39,316 nucleotides of DNA from Gemmatimonadales bacterium (GTDB lineage: Bacteria > Gemmatimonadota > Gemmatimonadetes > Gemmatimonadales > GWC2-71-9), in contig JBFGLJ010000003.1 of assembly GCA_041576235.1 (NCBI GenBank), forward strand, positions 1-39,316, given 5' to 3'. Positions 38,027 to 39,316 of the stretch are shown one piece after another. The translations under genes were made by a program, and so were the position numbers. The stretch's first letter is position 1, and each line of letters opens with the position of its first letter. A model generated the notes under the pieces. That model searched no databases. It was given only the letters and a program-made list of their open reading frames with translations, and was not told the DNA's origin.

Positions 38027-38701
38027 ATGCGATGGAATAGACTTGCGACGGTGCTCCCTGCGGCCCTTTTGCTGTCCGCTTGCGCCGATGCCACCGGCCC
38101 TCTGGGCCAGAACCAGCTTCAGGTGACTGCCCGGGTCACCGACCGCGCTGCCAGCGGCACCACCGCTACCGTGGTCGAGATTCAGTCCGCCACCATGGTC
38201 TTGGGGGGGCTCAAGCTCGAGACCGCGGGTCTCGACAACACGGTCGATTGGGTCTGGGAGCGGTCGATCGTCATTCCGCTGGCCCTGAACGGCACTGCCG
38301 TCCTGGCCTATGACGTCGATGTGGTGCCCGGCATCTACAAGGAATTCGAGCTCTCGGTCGACAAGCTCGAGATCGGGAACCCGGCCGAGGATCCGCTGAT
38401 CGCTCAGTACCCGGGTCTGGCCGACGCCAGCGTGCTGGTCGACGGTCTGGTCACCCGCCCCGGCGGGACGCGTCAGCCGTTCGCCTTGTCGGCGCCGGTC
38501 GACATCGACCTCGAACTCCCGTTCGCGGCACCCATGGAGTTCACCGCCGCCGACAACCCGGTAGCTCTCATCGCCCTCGAGGTGGATGTGAGCAGCTGGT
38601 TCCAGGGTCCGACCGACCTGCTCGACCCCACCGACCCGGCCAACCGGAGCGACATCGAGGGGAATATCCAGAAGTCATTTGAGATGTTCGAGGACGACTA
38701 G
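38027..38701 (+). CDS. Hypothetical lipoprotein (beta-sandwich, possibly DUF4382-like)
   Basis: GAGG SD, lipobox LSAC, V.PG.Y...EL, and DVSSWF...DP...N...I..NI.KSF. Confidence 0.75.
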   Translation: MRWNRLATVLPAALLLSACADATGPLGQNQLQVTARVTDRAASGTTATVVEIQSATMVLGGLKLETAGLDNTVDWVWERSIVIPLALNGTAVLAYDVDVVPGIYKEFELSVDKLEIGNPAEDPLIAQYPGLADASVLVDGLVTRPGGTRQPFALSAPVDIDLELPFAAPMEFTAADNPVALIALEVDVSSWFQGPTDLLDPTDPANRSDIEGNIQKSFEMFEDD

Positions 38702-38707
38702 CCTCTA

Positions 38708-38817
38708 GTCATCGGTCTTTAAGGTCGTTGGTCGTCGGTCGTCGGTCGTTGGTCCTGCAGGGGCAGATAGCGGCCGCGATCCAACCCCAAAGGACCGATG
38801 ACTGATGACTGAAGACC
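38708..38817. repeat. Heptamer-armed element (copy G), direct repeat of F
   Basis: 38708-38805 matches 37188-37285 at 90/98 positions without gaps, then has one extra heptamer. Confidence 0.9.
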
Positions 38818-38878
38818 CCCCACCTTGCGCCCTCCAGTCCCCGCTGCATTCTAGGGACATATCCATCCGGAGGGACTC

Positions 38879-39316
38879 ATGAGATTCGCTCGCGTACTCT
38901 TGGCACCCGCGCTGCTCGCGGTCCTCGCGCCCGTGGCCGCGGCTCAGCAGTGGAGCCCGGCCCAGCAGGAGGTGATGGCCGGGATGGAGCAGTGTTGGGA
39001 GACCTGGCGGCAGGCGGTCGAGGCCAAGGACTACGACATGTGGGCAACCTGCATGGCGGGCGACCAGGTGCGGTTCTGGTGGGCCGACTGGTCGACGCCC
39101 AACACCAACGCCGAGTTGCGGCGCCGCTTCGCCAAAGGGCTCTTCAACTGGAACCTGAAGCGTTGGGACTGGGCTGGGCTCCGGCCGCTGGCCATCACCA
39201 TGGAAGGCAACAACCTGGCCCTGGTCTTCTTCAACGCCCATTGGCAGAACGAGACCATGGACGGCGAGATCAATTACCTGGAGCAGCGCCGCTTCGAGGT
39301 CTGGAAGAAGATCGAC
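38879..39316 (+). CDS. Secreted NTF2/SnoaL-like protein, runs off the right edge
   Basis: Not in the ORF track. GGAGGG SD, then MRFARVLLAPALLAVLAPVAAA-QQWSPAQQEV..., helix WRQAVEAKDYD, strand LALVFFNAHW and ...RRFEVWKKID. Confidence 0.7.
   Translation, partial: MRFARVLLAPALLAVLAPVAAAQQWSPAQQEVMAGMEQCWETWRQAVEAKDYDMWATCMAGDQVRFWWADWSTPNTNAELRRRFAKGLFNWNLKRWDWAGLRPLAITMEGNNLALVFFNAHWQNETMDGEINYLEQRRFEVWKKID

Noticed and set aside
33827-38817. Elements as classical integron attC sites
   Set aside because: I could not find the RYYYAAC...GTTRRRY ends, orientations vary, and there is no integrase in the window. Kept only as an analogy.
38705-39241. Minus-strand 178-aa ORF sharing SHRSFGVGSRPLSAPAGPTT with another ORF
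   Set aside because: The shared peptide is just the translation of repeats F and G. The real gene here is on the plus strand from 38879.

Overview
High-GC bacterial window. The many lipobox and TPR proteins suggest a Gemmatimonadota-like genome, but that is inference. It holds about 38 credible CDSs, and I saw no rRNA, tRNA, CRISPR array or transposase. The left part has a truncated ribbon-helix-helix gene, furA-katG, an APC permease, a PafA-type phosphatase, TPR proteins, a Tat enolase-superfamily lipoprotein, SRPBCC, thermonuclease, psuG/psuK, a class II photolyase and a YbjT-like SDR. The middle has a roughly 9 kb glycan-modification cluster (GT2s, a PLOD/LH3-like GT, GT4s, a sulfotransferase, a CE4 deacetylase, a beta-propeller). 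This is followed by a compact sigma54 circuit: HD-GYP, pseudo-receiver bEBP, lipoprotein and TPR protein, with three -24/-12 promoter candidates and a tandem enhancer. The right part has a peptide ABC binding protein, a PilT-like ATPase, lipoproteins, pdxH and an apparently inactive secreted M29 peptidase homolog. The main unexplained structure is a family of intergenic palindromic elements: inverted arrays of 7-nt repeats around a related core, TCCT(T/G)CAG...C(C)TG(A/C)AGGA. About seven copies are present, including a near-identical pair bracketing two lipoprotein genes. Related arrays overlap start and stop codons, and one pair encloses a whole gene.
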